Source of the DNA: Callorhinchus milii
Taxonomy: Eukaryota
Assembly: GCF_018977255.1 (NCBI RefSeq)
Contig: NW_024704743.1
Span: 57,476,001 to 57,540,000 of the forward strand
DNA: 64,000 nt
Direction: 5' to 3'
Below are positions 48,541-61,867 of the stretch, piece by piece. The notes beneath the pieces were generated by a model, which did not search any database, had not been told where the DNA came from, and was given only the letters and a program-made list of their open reading frames with translations. Position numbers and translations under genes: made by a program. Within the stretch, counting starts at the first letter, position 1. The number at the start of each line of letters is the position of its first letter.

Positions 48541-49759
48541 GTAACTAAAACTAACATTCTGTTGTTAGATAGAGCACTGCATTCAGCTTAAGAAAACGAT
48601 TAATAGATGCAGGTGTGACAGTGCAGCACTGAACAATTTAAGACTTCAGGCAAACTCTTTTAACAAAGTGGTTCCTCTTCAGAATACCACAGTGCATCTT
48701 TGCAGTATCCTATTTGTTACGATCTATGATGTAAACCACATTGTATATTGCAGTGGGGCCCAACTCATGGTCTGTGTGGGCTTCAAGTAGTGTCCCACTG
48801 AACATTCACACTCGTCTACATAAGTCTGTGTTCAATCTATATTTTGTTTCCGGTAGCTACTGAGTAGTGATATTTATGGCGTCGGCATAAATCAAAAAAA
48901 ATTATTTGATTGGCTGACCAAAGAGGTTGTCACCTACTGGTTTATGGTTTTCCTACAGTGGAAACTCGCTATGAAAGTACAATCAATAGATTAGCTCATT
49001 TTGGTCTTCTTAGCGACTGCACACAGTGAGTTTGAGATTTTAGTCACCATCAGTTTCAAATTCCAAAAAGAGTGAAAAAGTGAAATAGCAGGTTATTCTC
49101 AATACTGAGGGCTCCGTGATATGAGACTCCACTATGTGTTGGGAAAATAGTTATAAGATAGCCACAGGAAAAGCAAAACATGATCTTAGGAGAATGTGTT
49201 TCACTCAGAATGTTGTTAGGATGTGAATGCCCAGTCAACTTGGTCATAGAGGTAAAGTTCATTATGGTTTTCAAGAGTGAAGTAGACTGATACATAAAAG
49301 ATAGAGAGGCCTGAAGGAGTATAGGGAAAGAATAGCATAGTGAGATTGAACATGCTGCTTGCTCTGAGAATCAATGCAGACTCCATGGTCTGAATAGTCA
49401 CCTTCTGCACTGTAAATGTTTATGATTCTATGATTTTAGGTTAGAGAATATAGACGTCTTCACTATGATATCTTGTGTACAGGTTCCAAGAAATACCCTA
49501 TAGAAAAGAACCAGAATTGTTATTTAACAATTGTTTTGCGCTCATTAGATGGAGAGTTTAATACTTCCTACAAATAAATGGCGTTTAATTTCCAGTTTAT
49601 TCCAATTTTTATCATATCCAAAACTAAGTCTGTTTAAAAGAGTAGTTAATGAAATTTCATATAGTCAATGGGGGAACTTACCCCTTCCCTTAATTCCCTA
49701 TTTGGTATGATACTTATTTTAATTTCACACAAATTAAAAATCTGCCTGATTTGTGGATG

Positions 49760-50000
49760 AATATGGGTTGTATCAAGAGAGTAGAGTAAAAAGACACAGG
49801 TTTAGAGTTGTAAAGGGCAATTGCAGGACGTTTTTCTCTTTACGCAGAGGGTAATCAATGACTGGAACAGGTTGCCAGAGAAGGTGGTAGAAGCCAGAAC
49901 ACAAGACGCATTTAAAAATCAGTTTGATACATTCATGGGTGGTGGTAATGGGGTAAGTGCTCTGGAGGGATGAGATTGGCTTTCTTCATCCTGTCTTACG
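49760..50000 (+). mobile_element. CR1 ORF2 C-terminal fragment
   Basis: FTQRVINDWNRLPEKVVEARTQDAFK. Confidence 0.75.
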
Positions 50001-51724
50001 ATCAGTGTCATCTTGTAGTCAATAAATCCATTACTACTGATCAAATGGTGCTAACTTTCCACACTATGGCAGGATACTGTTAACATAAAGGATCGGTTGA
50101 GGAACACTGCAAATTATACTCCTCTATAATAAATGCATTTTAACCCCAATGCAATCAATTTATTTTGTTTGTTGATATTTCCTTTAGAAAATAAGGAAAT
50201 GTAATTTGTTGTCAGAATATTCTATTCAGTACTTATTAACGGCATTCTGTGTTTTTAAACTCATTATAAATCTGTCATTTGCAGGTTTTAAATTGCCTGC
50301 ACTATTTCAGTCATGGGTGTCTATTATATTCAGCAGGTAGTAGCTTTCATAATATTGAAATCAGACTATGTAGGTCAGCAAAAAAAAAGCTCTACCTTTA
50401 AAGAGGCTGCCACACACATCTTGCATGGATTTCATGACAGAATGTGCTTAAATATCTCCACAAATACATGTAAGTATCCCTGAGGCTAAATGGATAACAA
50501 CGGTAAAATAACTGCTGCTTTTTTTCCCATATGGATTTTCATATTAAACGACGTTTGTCTGCCGTTTCGAAAGATGTACTTAAACCTTTGTTTCAATTCT
50601 GACATCTCCAAAACTCAAGGAACAAGCTGAAGGTCTTAAGGGTGGATTCAGCCAGTCACAAAATCAATCTGTGGATTTTGTTTGCCTGGTGAATTTTTCT
50701 AATCCTTGCATTTGAAAACTTTTCAAAAATTGCAGTTTTTGTTAGTGAATAGAGTGATGTGCGAATGGTGTTTGATAATCTTGAACCGACTGGTCTTGTG
50801 GAAAAACGCCTTTGAAATGTACACAAAAGGTGACTTGCTACACAAGAAGTGCTTTCATTGTAATTGCAGTACGTTGAGCGTTTTAATCTTCTGTAGTAAC
50901 AGACGTGCATAAAAGGGACACAGCGATAATTAGCCATTTCTTTTTCAAATGCTAGAATATATTAATTATGACCTTTTACTTCTTTATGAAGATTTTGCAG
51001 CAGAGTTTTAAAGATGAGTCACTGACTGCTTTATTGATGTAATGGAATAAGCACTGGGAATGTCAGTTATTTTTATCTTCTATAGCTACAGTTGTGAGTT
51101 AGGAATGGTAAAAGCAAACTGGGGCTCATTTCAATATCATTAGAATTAATTATCATATATTAGATTAAGTAAATTATGGTCTAGGTCTGTGGTGAATTCT
51201 TAATGATATGTAAATTACAGTGTCAGAAATGGCACTGTACATGAAATCGTCTGCTCTGCCTCTTCTGCCTGTGCTGGTCTCCCAGGACAAAGCGGAATAA
51301 AATTCCAACTCCCTTTAGATTGTTCTGTTTCCCCTCAAGCCATATGACAATCATTCTACAATGCACTCCTTGAACTTTGCTACCATCTGAAAACTGTGCA
51401 AATTAATTGATGCATCTGGCCCCAGAAAGGAAGATCAAATTGGAGAGCTACAGAACAAAGCCCTCAAATAATTCCACCTGCAAAATAGCATATCACATTA
51501 CAATCCGTTGGAGAGCACAAGTGCAGCAGGAACTCTGCTAGAATTTAATGCTTTATTGTTGAGGCTTCTTAATGAGTGGAGCACTTTGAGACGCCTCCTG
51601 ATGGGAAAGGCACTATATAAATGTAAATTATTGTTGTTGTACTTCTGAGAATTCTTTGATATATCAGTCAATGCTTGCTAATGGTTTTCCAGGCGTTGTC
51701 TTTCTTAAAACGCTTTATAATAAT

Positions 51725-51968
51725 CCTTGTTGGCCAGGGCACCCTTCACGTTTTGAACAGCGCCATGAGATCTTTAAGGTCCATCTGAACAGGCAGACAG
51801 AATCTCAATTTAATATCTCATCCAAGGATGACACCTCTAAAAATGCAACACTTCCCCAGCACTGCCTAGGAGTCCCAGACTAGACTATGAGTTCAAAGTC
51901 TCGATGAGATGCTTGAGCCCACAACCATCTGACTGAGAAGCGAGAGCGCTATCAACTGAGCCAGGGTG
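51725..51968 (-). mobile_element. Deu-domain SINE
   Basis: GCCATGAGATCTTTAAGGTCCATCTGAACAGGCAGAC...CAACTGAGCCA. Confidence 0.82.
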
Positions 51969-52254
51969 ACACTTACCCTTTTCTACTGAATATTAAAGGT
52001 AATTTAATTTAATTTACACACTGGGCAACCAAATATTTCATCTAGTAATGTTTGCAGGAGATAAATGAATGATGCTGCATATTCTTCTGATGTGGCACGT
52101 AAAAAGATATGTTAATATATATAATTTTTATATTGATAGAATATTTCTCAGGTTCTTCCTCTTACAATGGAAAGTGGGCTTCCATTTGAAATTGCTGGGT
52201 TTCACAATCAGACTGTCACTGTCATTATAACAAATTTCCAATCACTGAAAGATA

Positions 52255-52945
52255 AAGCCATAATTTGGTCACTCAATCCACAACAGTTATTGGGACACTG
52301 CTGTGCGTAATTGGCTGCCAGGTTTTCCCCACAAAATATACAGTCAATTCACTTCACAGTAATATTCTCTGAAGTACTTTGAGACGTCTCGAAGACTTGA
52401 TGAGGCCCTATATCAAATCCAAGGATTATAATATTATTAAGACAAGTCAAAAGATAGCAAAGCTTTCTGTTTGAGGGAGAAAAGCCAAATTCAGTGCGTC
52501 TACCTGTTCAGGTGGACGTTAAGGATCCTGTAGCACTATTCAAAAAGAGAAGAAAGTTTCTCCTAGTTTCTTGGCCAACATTCCCCAAAACAAAATGTCA
52601 TTTATTTCATGGCTGTTTGGATCCTCATACTCGTGTTCAAATTGCTTCACTCACTGGCATCTGCCTACCTCTCCGAGTGGTTGGAGCACTCGCTTTGCAA
52701 GCGAGAGATTTGGCAAGTTTCTTTACTCCACACGCCTAATAATAATCCCTCAAAAACAAAACAATAATAAATTGGTCACTTCAATCCATGACTGTTTGTG
52801 GGACACTGCTGTGTGCCATTGGCTGCTGCGTTTCACACACGTAATATACAGTCACTTCACTTTACAGTATATTCTGTGAAGCGCTTTGAGACGTCTAGAA
52901 GATGTGAAAAGGGCTATATCAAATGCAAGGATTATTATTATTATC
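52255..52945 (+). mobile_element. Tandem SINE cluster (S 3' half, Deu fragment, S copy)
   Basis: Two S-type bodies with TCGAA and TAGAA loops; CCTGTTCAGGTGGACGTTAA Deu segment. Confidence 0.85.
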
Positions 52946-53611
52946 AAATGTACAGATTATTATTGGCATAAGGTATTAGCATGAATTTAGGGCCATATAT
53001 AACTGTAAAGGTGAAAAATGTGAAATTTCATAACAGATTCAATGTGTTCACAACAAATCTGTATGAAATGTTCATATCATAGTGTCAGTCTTCTACTGAT
53101 AACAATAAAAGGATTTGCAAGGCAGTCTTCTCTATCCTGTATTCACTTATGGGATTACCCTTCTTCTTTACTACTCGATCAAGCGGATAACTGATCTGTC
53201 TTAAGATACGTTGCTATTACATTTTATCCTGTTATGGCGCTTCTAGCTGGACCAGTAGTATTGATTGGTAAGCAATGGGATTTAAATGGTTCAATTCCAG
53301 CAGGACCCAATGCACTTTGGGATCCTTAATGCCATGATTTCTGCCAACTCCATGCCTATATTCTCCAGACATAAGAAATGGGCTGCGTCCTCACAAAAAT
53401 AAATTCTGCTTCTTTGGGTTTTTGGTCTATCAAACTGGAGACTCTAAAACTTGACAAGGGGTTTCCGCACATATTAGAATCCTGGCTTTACCTTTTGATG
53501 GCAATACTTTGTTCTTATTGCTACGAAGCATTTGATGCCAACTTTTGTAACTGGCTTCCCAACAGGAGTGATTGATCCTCTCAATATATTTGAAGGAATA
53601 TAAGGAACATT

Positions 53612-53895
53612 GTGGAGTTCTGTATCTTAATGGTTAGAGCACTCGCCTCGCAAGCAAAAGGACCTGGGTTTGATTCCTGGGAAGAGCAAAATAGGGATTA
53701 TAATCCCTTAAAAAATGTATTCATTCAATCCATGATGTTTGTGGGACACTGCTGCGTTTCAGCCAGAAAATATACAGTCAATTCACTTTACAGTATATTC
53801 TGTGAATTACTTTGAGATGTCTTGAAGATGTGATAAGGCACTTTATCAAATGCATGGATTATTATTTTTATTTTTCTTATTATTATTATTATTAA
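53612..53895 (+). mobile_element. Family S SINE, older
   Basis: GGTTAGAGCACTCGC...GGGTTTGATTCC head and (TTA)n tail. Confidence 0.85.
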
Positions 53896-54393
53896 TTCTT
53901 ATGGTTTCCTGAAAATCAAAATCTACACAACATGGTCAATGTGAATTTTCACACAAAATCAATGTTTTGCGAAATCTGAAGTAAAACTAATTCATTTGTC
54001 ATTTGTGATCTTTCATAATGTGGTAATAACATTGAATCGCTTAAGATAATTGCAGGAGTTGTTTACCCAATTTTTTCAAATGTGAATACCCTAACTGTGG
54101 CCTGAACAATCTATCAACATGAGAATTTGATCAGAGTTGATTTCTCTGTCACATCAAGGGATCCTGAATTAACTCAGGCTGAGGAGGGCTGGTATTCTGT
54201 GAACAATAGCAGCAACGGAAAGAAAGATGGCGGACGCCAATGGTTTTGGGCTCAACCATTATGCCAGCGACAGGAGTTTTCATAACTAGTAACTATCAAC
54301 AACAGCAACATTTTACATTTGTCTAACACCTTTCAAATTGAGAGGGCATCTGCACACAGCTGACAGAGCACCTGAAAGTCTGGTTAAAACGAT

Positions 54394-55200
54394 AACAACA
54401 ACAACAGCAACTTGGATTTATATAGCGCCCTCCACGCCAGACAGCGTCTCAGAGCGCTTTACAGTAACGGATCCCGGGGCCGAGCCAGGGGGAGATGGAG
54501 GAAGGTGACCAAAGGTGCAGTCGAAAAGAAAGGTCTTCAGCAGAGACCTAAAAATGGGAAGGGAGGGAACGAGGCAAAGGGAGTGTGGAAGGCAGTTCCA
54601 GAGCCTCGGGGCATAGTGGCTGAAGGCACGGCCGCCGAGGGTGGAGCGGAGGACTCGGGGGACGAGGAGGAGGCCAGACCTGGAGGAATGAAGGCAACGG
54701 GTACTCTTTTGAGGAGAGAGGAGGTCAGAGAGGTAGGGGGGTGCAGAGGAGTGCAGGGACTTGAATACAAGGGTGAGGATCTTGAAATCGATCCTCTCTG
54801 GGACAGGCAGCCACTGCAGTCTGGCAAGGACTGGGGTAATTGGGGAGCGGAGTTTGGTGCGGGTGAGAACGCGGGCTGCAGAGTTTTGAATGATTTGAAT
54901 TTTATGGATGGTAGTGGATGGGAGACGGGCGAGGAAGATGTTGGAGTAGTCTAGCCGAGAGGTGACAAAGGTATGGACCAGAGTTTCAGCAGCTTTTGGG
55001 GAGAGGTATTGGCGGAGACGGGCGATGCGTCGGAGGTGGTAGAAGGCGGTGCTGGTGAGGGACCGGATGTGGGGGAGGAAGGATAATTGGGGGTCGAACC
55101 TGACGCCTAGGTTGTGTACGTGTTCGGAGAGTTTTAGGGGGAGGTCGGGTAGGTGGAGGAGGTGAGAGCCGTGAGATTTTAGACGTTGACAAGAGCCAGA
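54394..55200 (-). mobile_element. L2 subfamily B 3' fragment with open ORF2 C-terminus
   Basis: NLGVRFDPQLSF, VTSRLDYSN, IQNSAARVL, LWNCLP, LKTFLF; stop codon at 54418-54420. Confidence 0.93.
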
Positions 55201-56334
55201 GTGTGGCTTGTGCCTTGTCAGGTGATAAGTGTTAAGGTGGGCTTTTAAATTGGGGAGGCTTGAAGAAAACCTGGTGTTTCCTAACAATTTAAGTAATGCG
55301 ATAATTATCACATCAAATCTGTTATGAAACATTGCATGCAGCCACGTGAGTCATTCACACATAATCATAAATAGAAATAGAGAAAGGAAATTGCATGATG
55401 TGTTTTGAATGAAACTTGATACGTGATTAGGCGGACACGGGCAGTCCACTTATCTGTGTCACACGTCTACAAGTTTCAGATTCAGAATTATACCCTGGAG
55501 CTGTACCCAGATTAAGATTCCCACTGAGGATTTATTAAAGTGATGATCGTGAGCTTTCAGGTTTATAGTTGAAAACTGGAAAGAAAAAGAAATGTAGCAA
55601 CAAATTGCAGTTGGTTTTGGTTATAGGATGATTTTAGGGGGAAATTTGAGAATTTATCTGCACTTTAACTAAGAAATCGGTGCCTGCTCATTAAGCCCTC
55701 TTGTGTGATCAGGCAAGTGATGAAGGAAACTCAGTTCCCTGAAGGGAATTTGCTGTGCCCTAAGCAAACAGCTGCAATGCCTTGCTAAACTGTTTGGTCT
55801 GCAGTGTGCAAACTGTGTTAATATTGAGGGAATAATGTGATATTCCTAAACGTATTCTGTTCCTTAATTAACCACGTTCCTTAATTAAAGAATGGGATAG
55901 AAAATGTGTTTAAAATGGGCCCTTAAAGTCTTTCCTGTGATAATCCTATAATCCTTGCATTTTGATCCTTGCATAGCTCCTTTCACATTGAGACAATGAC
56001 TCAAAGCGCTTCACAGGATTTATTCTGAGTTGAGGTGACTTTGTTTTGGAAGGTTTGAAACTAAACACCTTTTCTTCCCAAACTTCTGGGTAACGAATTC
56101 AGTCACAAAGTTCTCAGGTTCAAAAATCACCTCTTTTCGTTAGCTTGAGGATTACTTTATTTGGGACTGCTGCAGCAACATTTTCAAATTTACAATTTAA
56201 TCTTAAGGTTTTTGTAGGATGAAGAAGGATTAAATCACTGTTGTGGAGAACTGGACAAAACACCTTTATTCCAGGTTGCTAAAGTGACAATTTTAGGTTT
56301 CCTCATTATACACTGTCTTAAAATTATTGTTGGT

Positions 56335-57385
56335 AATAATAATTATTGTCCTGTAATTGATATAGCATCTTTTAGATTGGAAGGATCTCTCAAAATGCTT
56401 CACAGGATTTTACTGTAAAGTAAAGCTAATTTGTGCACTGGAATATCCCACAAACAGCCTTGAAGTGAGTGACTCATTTTATTTGGGGGATTGTTTGTCA
56501 GGACACCTTGAGAAACTCCCTTCTCTTTCGAATAGCGCCATGGGATCTTTTACCTCCACCTGAACAGGCAGACAAGATTAGCTTCCCATCCAAAGGATTG
56601 CACCTCCAACAAGGTAGCATGTCCCCCAGTGCTATATTTGAGTGTCAACAACAAAAACAACAAATTACATTTGTATAGCGCCTTTCATGTCAGGAGGACG
56701 TCCCAAGGTGCTGGACTGTCTGGGATCCGCAGCCGAGCTGGTGGTTGGGATCAGGAGTAGTGGAGGACGGGGAGGGTGGGGTAGAAGGGTGAATGAAGGC
56801 ATAGTTGAGATGGGTCTTGAAGGAGGCAAGCCTGAGGGACTGTGGGATCAAGTTCCAAGGGTGGGGGCAGAGAGGCTGAAGGCCCGACCGCCAATGATGG
56901 GGTGGGCAAGGCGGGGGACGTGGAACAGCCCGGAGCCCGTTGAGTGAAGGGAGTGGACAGGATGGTAGGGGGTTACGAGGTTGCAGAAGTAGGGGGGACC
57001 AAGGCCATGGAGAGTTTTGCAGGTGAGGACCAGGATCTTGAACTGTATCCTCTGTGTGATGGGAAACCAGTGACGTCGGACGACGATGGGAGTGATAGAG
57101 TCACCGAGCCTGGTACAGGAGAGGACATGGGCTGTAAAGTTCTGGATGATCTGCAGCCTATGGAGGGAGGAGTTGGGGGAGGCCGATGAGCATGGAAATT
57201 GCGTAGTCGACCTGGATGTGATGAATACATGCATGAAGGTCTCGGTGGCTGCGGTGAAAGACAGTGGTGGAGCCAGGTGATGTTGTGGAGGTGGGTCGTT
57301 GTAGTGTCATTCTAGACTGTGTCCTGACTTGGGTTTTGAACTCATAACCTTCTTGCTCAGAGGTGAGAGGGCTACCAACTAAATC
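56335..57385 (-). mobile_element. Deu-domain SINE split by an L2
   Basis: Deu core at 56510-56647; head resumes at 57303-57385. Confidence 0.82.
56648..57302 (-). mobile_element. L2 subfamily A 3' fragment
   Basis: RIQFKILVL and IGGRAFS; AGTGTCA TSD at 56641-56647 and 57303-57309. Confidence 0.9.
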
Positions 57386-57909
57386 AGGTTTAAGATTAAA
57401 AATTAAAATTAATTGAAAAAAAATGATTTTAGTCTCTTAAGAAGATTTTGCAAGATTATTATGCATTATTGAAGGCTGACTTTGCAGTTTTGGCAATGCA
57501 AAGACAACATTGGACCTTCTTAGAACTTTTTGACCTGCAGGAACATCATTCTGAAATAAATCACATCAGAGCAGAGTTTCTGCAGAATTGACACAATATG
57601 CTTTGGGTTACCAGAAGGAGTCTCCTTTAAAAAGTGATTCTTTATTAAGAAATCCCATTAAGAAATGCCCCAAATTAGACCTCAATAAATTATCTTCCCC
57701 AGAGGTCTAGTGAGCAGATGTGGGTCATGAAGATTACATCAGTAATGGGAATGACACAAATGGTGTAATCATCTAATTATTCTGTCATTTGCATGGAAAT
57801 CAATGCACACTGGCTCGCTTTCCATAATTGCCTGGCACAATGATGCTGATAAGGCTGAACTTAGAAGCAGGTCTATATAACAGTGGCTCGGCACAACTGC
57901 GAAGCTTAC

Positions 57910-58023
57910 CTCGAATAACCGAGCCCATCGCGCTTTCTTAAGAAATATCAACCTTGAATCTGCAGCATAGTGTATACTATGCCTTTTAATAGCACCCAGG
58001 CCAGAGTACGTCTGTCCTACTTC
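57910..58023 (-). CDS. Candidate internal coding exon (114 nt, phase 0/0), unknown gene
   Basis: ttcag| acceptor, GAG|gtaagc donor, open frame EVGQTYSGLGAIKRHSIHYAADSRLIFLKKARWARLFE, CpG-rich unique sequence. No homology recognised. Confidence 0.25.
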
Positions 58024-58634
58024 CTGAATTATGTAAGAGTGTCGTGTCAATATATTAGATTATACCCACAGGCTAGGCTGTAAATGCTAGTGTCTGTGTG
58101 ATGGATGTGATTCTGAGTAAAACCACACAAATGTGATTAAGCCCTTAAGGATGATAAAATTTCAAATGTAGCGCATCATATACCTCTGTAATGTCCAAGC
58201 TTTACAGCTGTAGAAGGTTCTATTTGATTTGATTGGGCATTTTCTTAATCGACCAAACTTCCAACCCTCTAATTCTTTGACTATAACGACTATATTAACA
58301 CAATTAAATGAACATATGTAAAGTAAAGAGAGAGCACTAGAAGTTCTCATTAATAATAAATCAGTCTGCAAACCTGGATTTAATTCCATCATGAGCAGGA
58401 CCTGACAGAGTAACTTGCCAATCCTGCAGGTACTATAAAGATTTATTTTTCAACTACCCTGTTCACCACCTAGACACCACCCCCAACCCCCCACCCTAGC
58501 TCTCCTTTCCCCAGTCAGCTTTGTGAAGCACTTTGAGATGTCCTCCCATCATGAAAGGCATAAGTTAAAACATTCAGATTACTGTATGAAACCTTATTAA
58601 TAACAAGCGTTTTATTGTTCAAGAAATATTAATA

Positions 58635-58910
58635 TTAAGAATAGGAATTCTTGCTTTTGAAATGATGCCTTATCACATCAAAATGTCTCGAAGCATTTAT
58701 TTGTCTCAAAATGGCAAAATGTCTCAAAGCATGAGTTTTTTTGTGTGTAAGAGGTAATGAATGGGCATGTGTAGGTAAATGTGGCAGCCAAAATTTTGTT
58801 TCAACTGAGGGGATGGTTGACCAGGACACCAGGAGAAACTCCATTATCTTTTTGAATTGCCCTATGTCCATATGAACAGGCAGACATGATCTTGGATACA
58901 TTTCTCATCT
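58635..58910 (-). mobile_element. Deu-domain SINE fragment
   Basis: CAGGACACCAGGAGAAACTCC...TGAACAGGCAGAC. Confidence 0.72.
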
Positions 58911-59334
58911 TTATTAAAAAGACTTTCAAAGCCAAGGGAAGAACATGCCCGCTGAATATCAATGAGTATGGGCAAAGAGCAGTGGAATGGGTAGATAGCT
59001 CCAGTGGAGGAGCTATACCAACACATAAAATGGTCGAACGGCCTTCTTCTATAATGTAAATTCCTACGGTTCTATACTAATTGAAGGATCTCTTGTATTC
59101 CTGACTGATGTGTTGAGTAGGCCGTTTGAGGTAGTTCAGGTTAGCGAGTACTACAATCCAATCTCACTCACTTGTTATGCAATGCGACAAGCCATTTTTT
59201 TTCCCTGAGTACAATGCAAGTAGCATTAATTGTGCTTGGCATTGAGTTGATGAAACAATTTTATTTCATGAGTGATTTTCCATGATCATGTGCAGCAAAG
59301 AAAACATACAGTCATGTGGACCACACTCAACATT

Positions 59335-59520
59335 ACTTGTGTCCTGGCCAACAATCCCCCAGATGAAGTTGTTCATTCACTTCATGGCTGTTTCTGGGAT
59401 GTTGCTGTACATTAATTGGCTGCCGCATTTGCCTACAAAATACCCAATCAATACACTTTACAGTAAATTCTGTGAAGATCTTTAAGACATCTTTCCAACG
59501 TGAAATGCAAGCATAGTTAT
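59335..59520 (+). mobile_element. Deu-type SINE 3' part
   Basis: GTGTCCTGGCCAACA...AATTGGCTGCCGC...CACTTTACAGTAAATTCTGTGAAG. Confidence 0.75.
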
Positions 59521-60538
59521 TCTTTTTGTTTGAGCTTCACTAAACTCAGAAATGCAGTGAGTATAAAATGTGCTGCTTTCTTTTGAACTGTCTGTTTTGT
59601 TTAGCCCTACTGTCATGCAGTCTTCTTCAGCCAGTTTTAGAATTCAGAGATTGCACGTGATCTGGAAGTGGATTAATGTCAGCTTAACTTGTGGTGCATC
59701 TTGATCTCAGCTTTGAACAGCAATGACTCAGAGATAAAGCACTCTTTCCTACGGGCTTCACTGGTCAGAATTCCATTCCAGTCCAACATTATTTGGCCGG
59801 AGGGAGAGAGAGGATAACCCATTATTAAAGATCGTAATTATATTATATGAGGCACAATAATCTTCTAATATTTTCATACTCTAGAGCTCATGTACATTAG
59901 ATGAATATTATTAGATGCTAAAATTAAACGGCTGACGTATGTTTTTGTTTATTATGTGTCATGGGATACCGTTTATTCATTAAATGTACAGGCACCACTC
60001 AGCAAAGAGCACTCTGAATTTCCATTTTAAGCTATTCTAGTATTCCGCACTGTCAGACAGGAACATAGTATACGTCTCCACCGCTTAATTTTGTAAAGTG
60101 TGTCTTTCCCAACTTGTGTAAGGATTCTTAACCGTACACAGAAGGGTTTACCTGAGATCTGCCTTGCATTTCATTGTCTAAGATGATATTGTGCCTTGAA
60201 ATTCAAATTTAGCTTGACTGACAATATCGGGTTTTGTGATCTCAAAGGATCAGTCAGATCAGCAGGGAGTGGTAACGTAATGACAGATGTAATTGCTACC
60301 ATTGGCTGCCACCCCACCTGAACAGTAGGCAGTCCAGCTGTGCTAGCAGCTGGTACTGGAGGCTATAGCAGACATCCCACAGGGTACAAAGAACCACAAC
60401 ATTTATAACAAATGTAACAATGCCAGCATGGACTGTCTGTGGCCCAAGTATATGGTTAATTGGTCATTTTAAAGATGGGTTTTCTTTTTTAAATTATTTA
60501 TATCTTATCACGTTTTTCCGTTAGACGCCCCGACTCAC

Positions 60539-60619
60539 CCAGTAATAGTTACTTCTACCTTGGTCTTTCTTCAGGCTAGACTTGGCTGCTTGGCTCATGG
60601 GCAGGTCTGTTGGCAACAT
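60539..60619 (-). CDS. Candidate first coding exon segment (27 aa), unknown gene
   Basis: ATG at 60619 after an in-frame upstream stop, MLPTDLPMSQAAKSSLKKDQGRSNYYW, then TGG|gtgagt donor; CpG-rich unique DNA. Confidence 0.25.
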
Positions 60620-61461
60620 TCGCAGAGCTCGATGATTGATGGCTTAGGTGCGCTCCACTGTGGGGTGAGACTGGTCCTGACAGATTGTTCCCTCCCCAAC
60701 ACTCCCGACAACAACAAAGTGTTTTCTCTAACAGCTCGACCAAGAGCCCCTAAAAGGCCCCCACTGAGGGGAATGAAGCTAACATACTAAGGCGGATTTA
60801 AACCAGGTGACTGAATAAATGACCTGAACCCTACTGCTGCAGCTACTGCAGTACTAAGAAAACAGATTAATATGTAATGTATGACTCTGACTGTATAAAG
60901 TGCCCTTTTGCACCAGGTATACAAGGGAGTACTGTGTGCAGAAGTGTTTAAGACAATGTGGACCCTGTGTTTAAACAAAGAGCTATTAGTCTGTGTTCTG
61001 GCTGCTTGGCTCCCTCCAGTATCATAGAATCACAGACTGTTACAGCACAGAAGCAGCCCATTCCCCCGTCAATATAATTTACATTTATATAGGGTTTTTC
61101 ACGTCAGGAGGACGTTTCAAGCACCCAATCAAGTCTGCGCTGGTAATGTTCTCCACATGAGCCATCTAATTCAATCCTTTAATATTCCTCTTTAATCTTC
61201 CTCTTTATCAAGTATCTGTCTAAGTCCCTTTTTCAAACATTTATTGTCTCTACTTCAACAAAGGTGAAAAGCAGGTTGAAAGTAACAACAACCAACAGCA
61301 ATTTGGATTTATATAGAGCTCTTGACACAGGGTAGCGTCTCAGAGCACTTAAATGTTGCAATATTTGAAGGAACGTTAATGCATTGTAAGAAATATCAAG
61401 ACGCTAAATTCTGTATGATATTATAGTGCGGGGTGGAGATCCAGAGGGTGGAGGCTGAGTT

Positions 61462-61788
61462 ATAATAATAATAATAATAATAATCCTTGCATTTGATATA
61501 GCGCTTTTCACGTCGGGAGGACGTCCCAAAGCGCTTCACAGAACACACTGTAAAGTGAATTGACTGTATATTTGTGGGCGAACGCGGCAGCCAATTGTGC
61601 ACAGCAATGTCCCACAAACAGTCGTAGATTGAAAATGACCAATTTATTATTGTTTTGGTTTTGGAGGGATTATTATTAGGCTCTGTGTGGAGTAAGGAAA
61701 CTTGCCCAAGGTTTCGTCCTGCCTGGAATTGAACTCAGGTCTCCCGCTTGCAAAGCGAGTGCTCTAACCACTGAGCTACAGGACTCCA
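61462..61788 (-). mobile_element. Young family S SINE, full length
   Basis: Near-identical to the 31722 copy; tRNA-like head at 61715-61785; (TTA)n tail. Confidence 0.95.
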
Positions 61789-61867
61789 ATCGGGTTTCCA
61801 TGCTGCCCATAGCACAGAAACAGCTTTGGTCAAAGTAACAAATGACATTTGTTCATTCTCCATTCCT
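61784..61867. repeat. 84-bp perfect inverted duplicate of 62553-62636
   Basis: Base-by-base comparison shows identity to the reverse complement of 62553-62636. Confidence 0.95.

Noticed and set aside
54418..55332. 304-aa ORF as a domesticated gene
   Set aside because: L2 ORF2 C-terminus extended by chance into the flank; lacks the RT core.
61715..61785. tRNA-Ala(TGC) gene
   Set aside because: Cloverleaf-like, but the T-stem is mispaired and it is the head of a multi-copy SINE.
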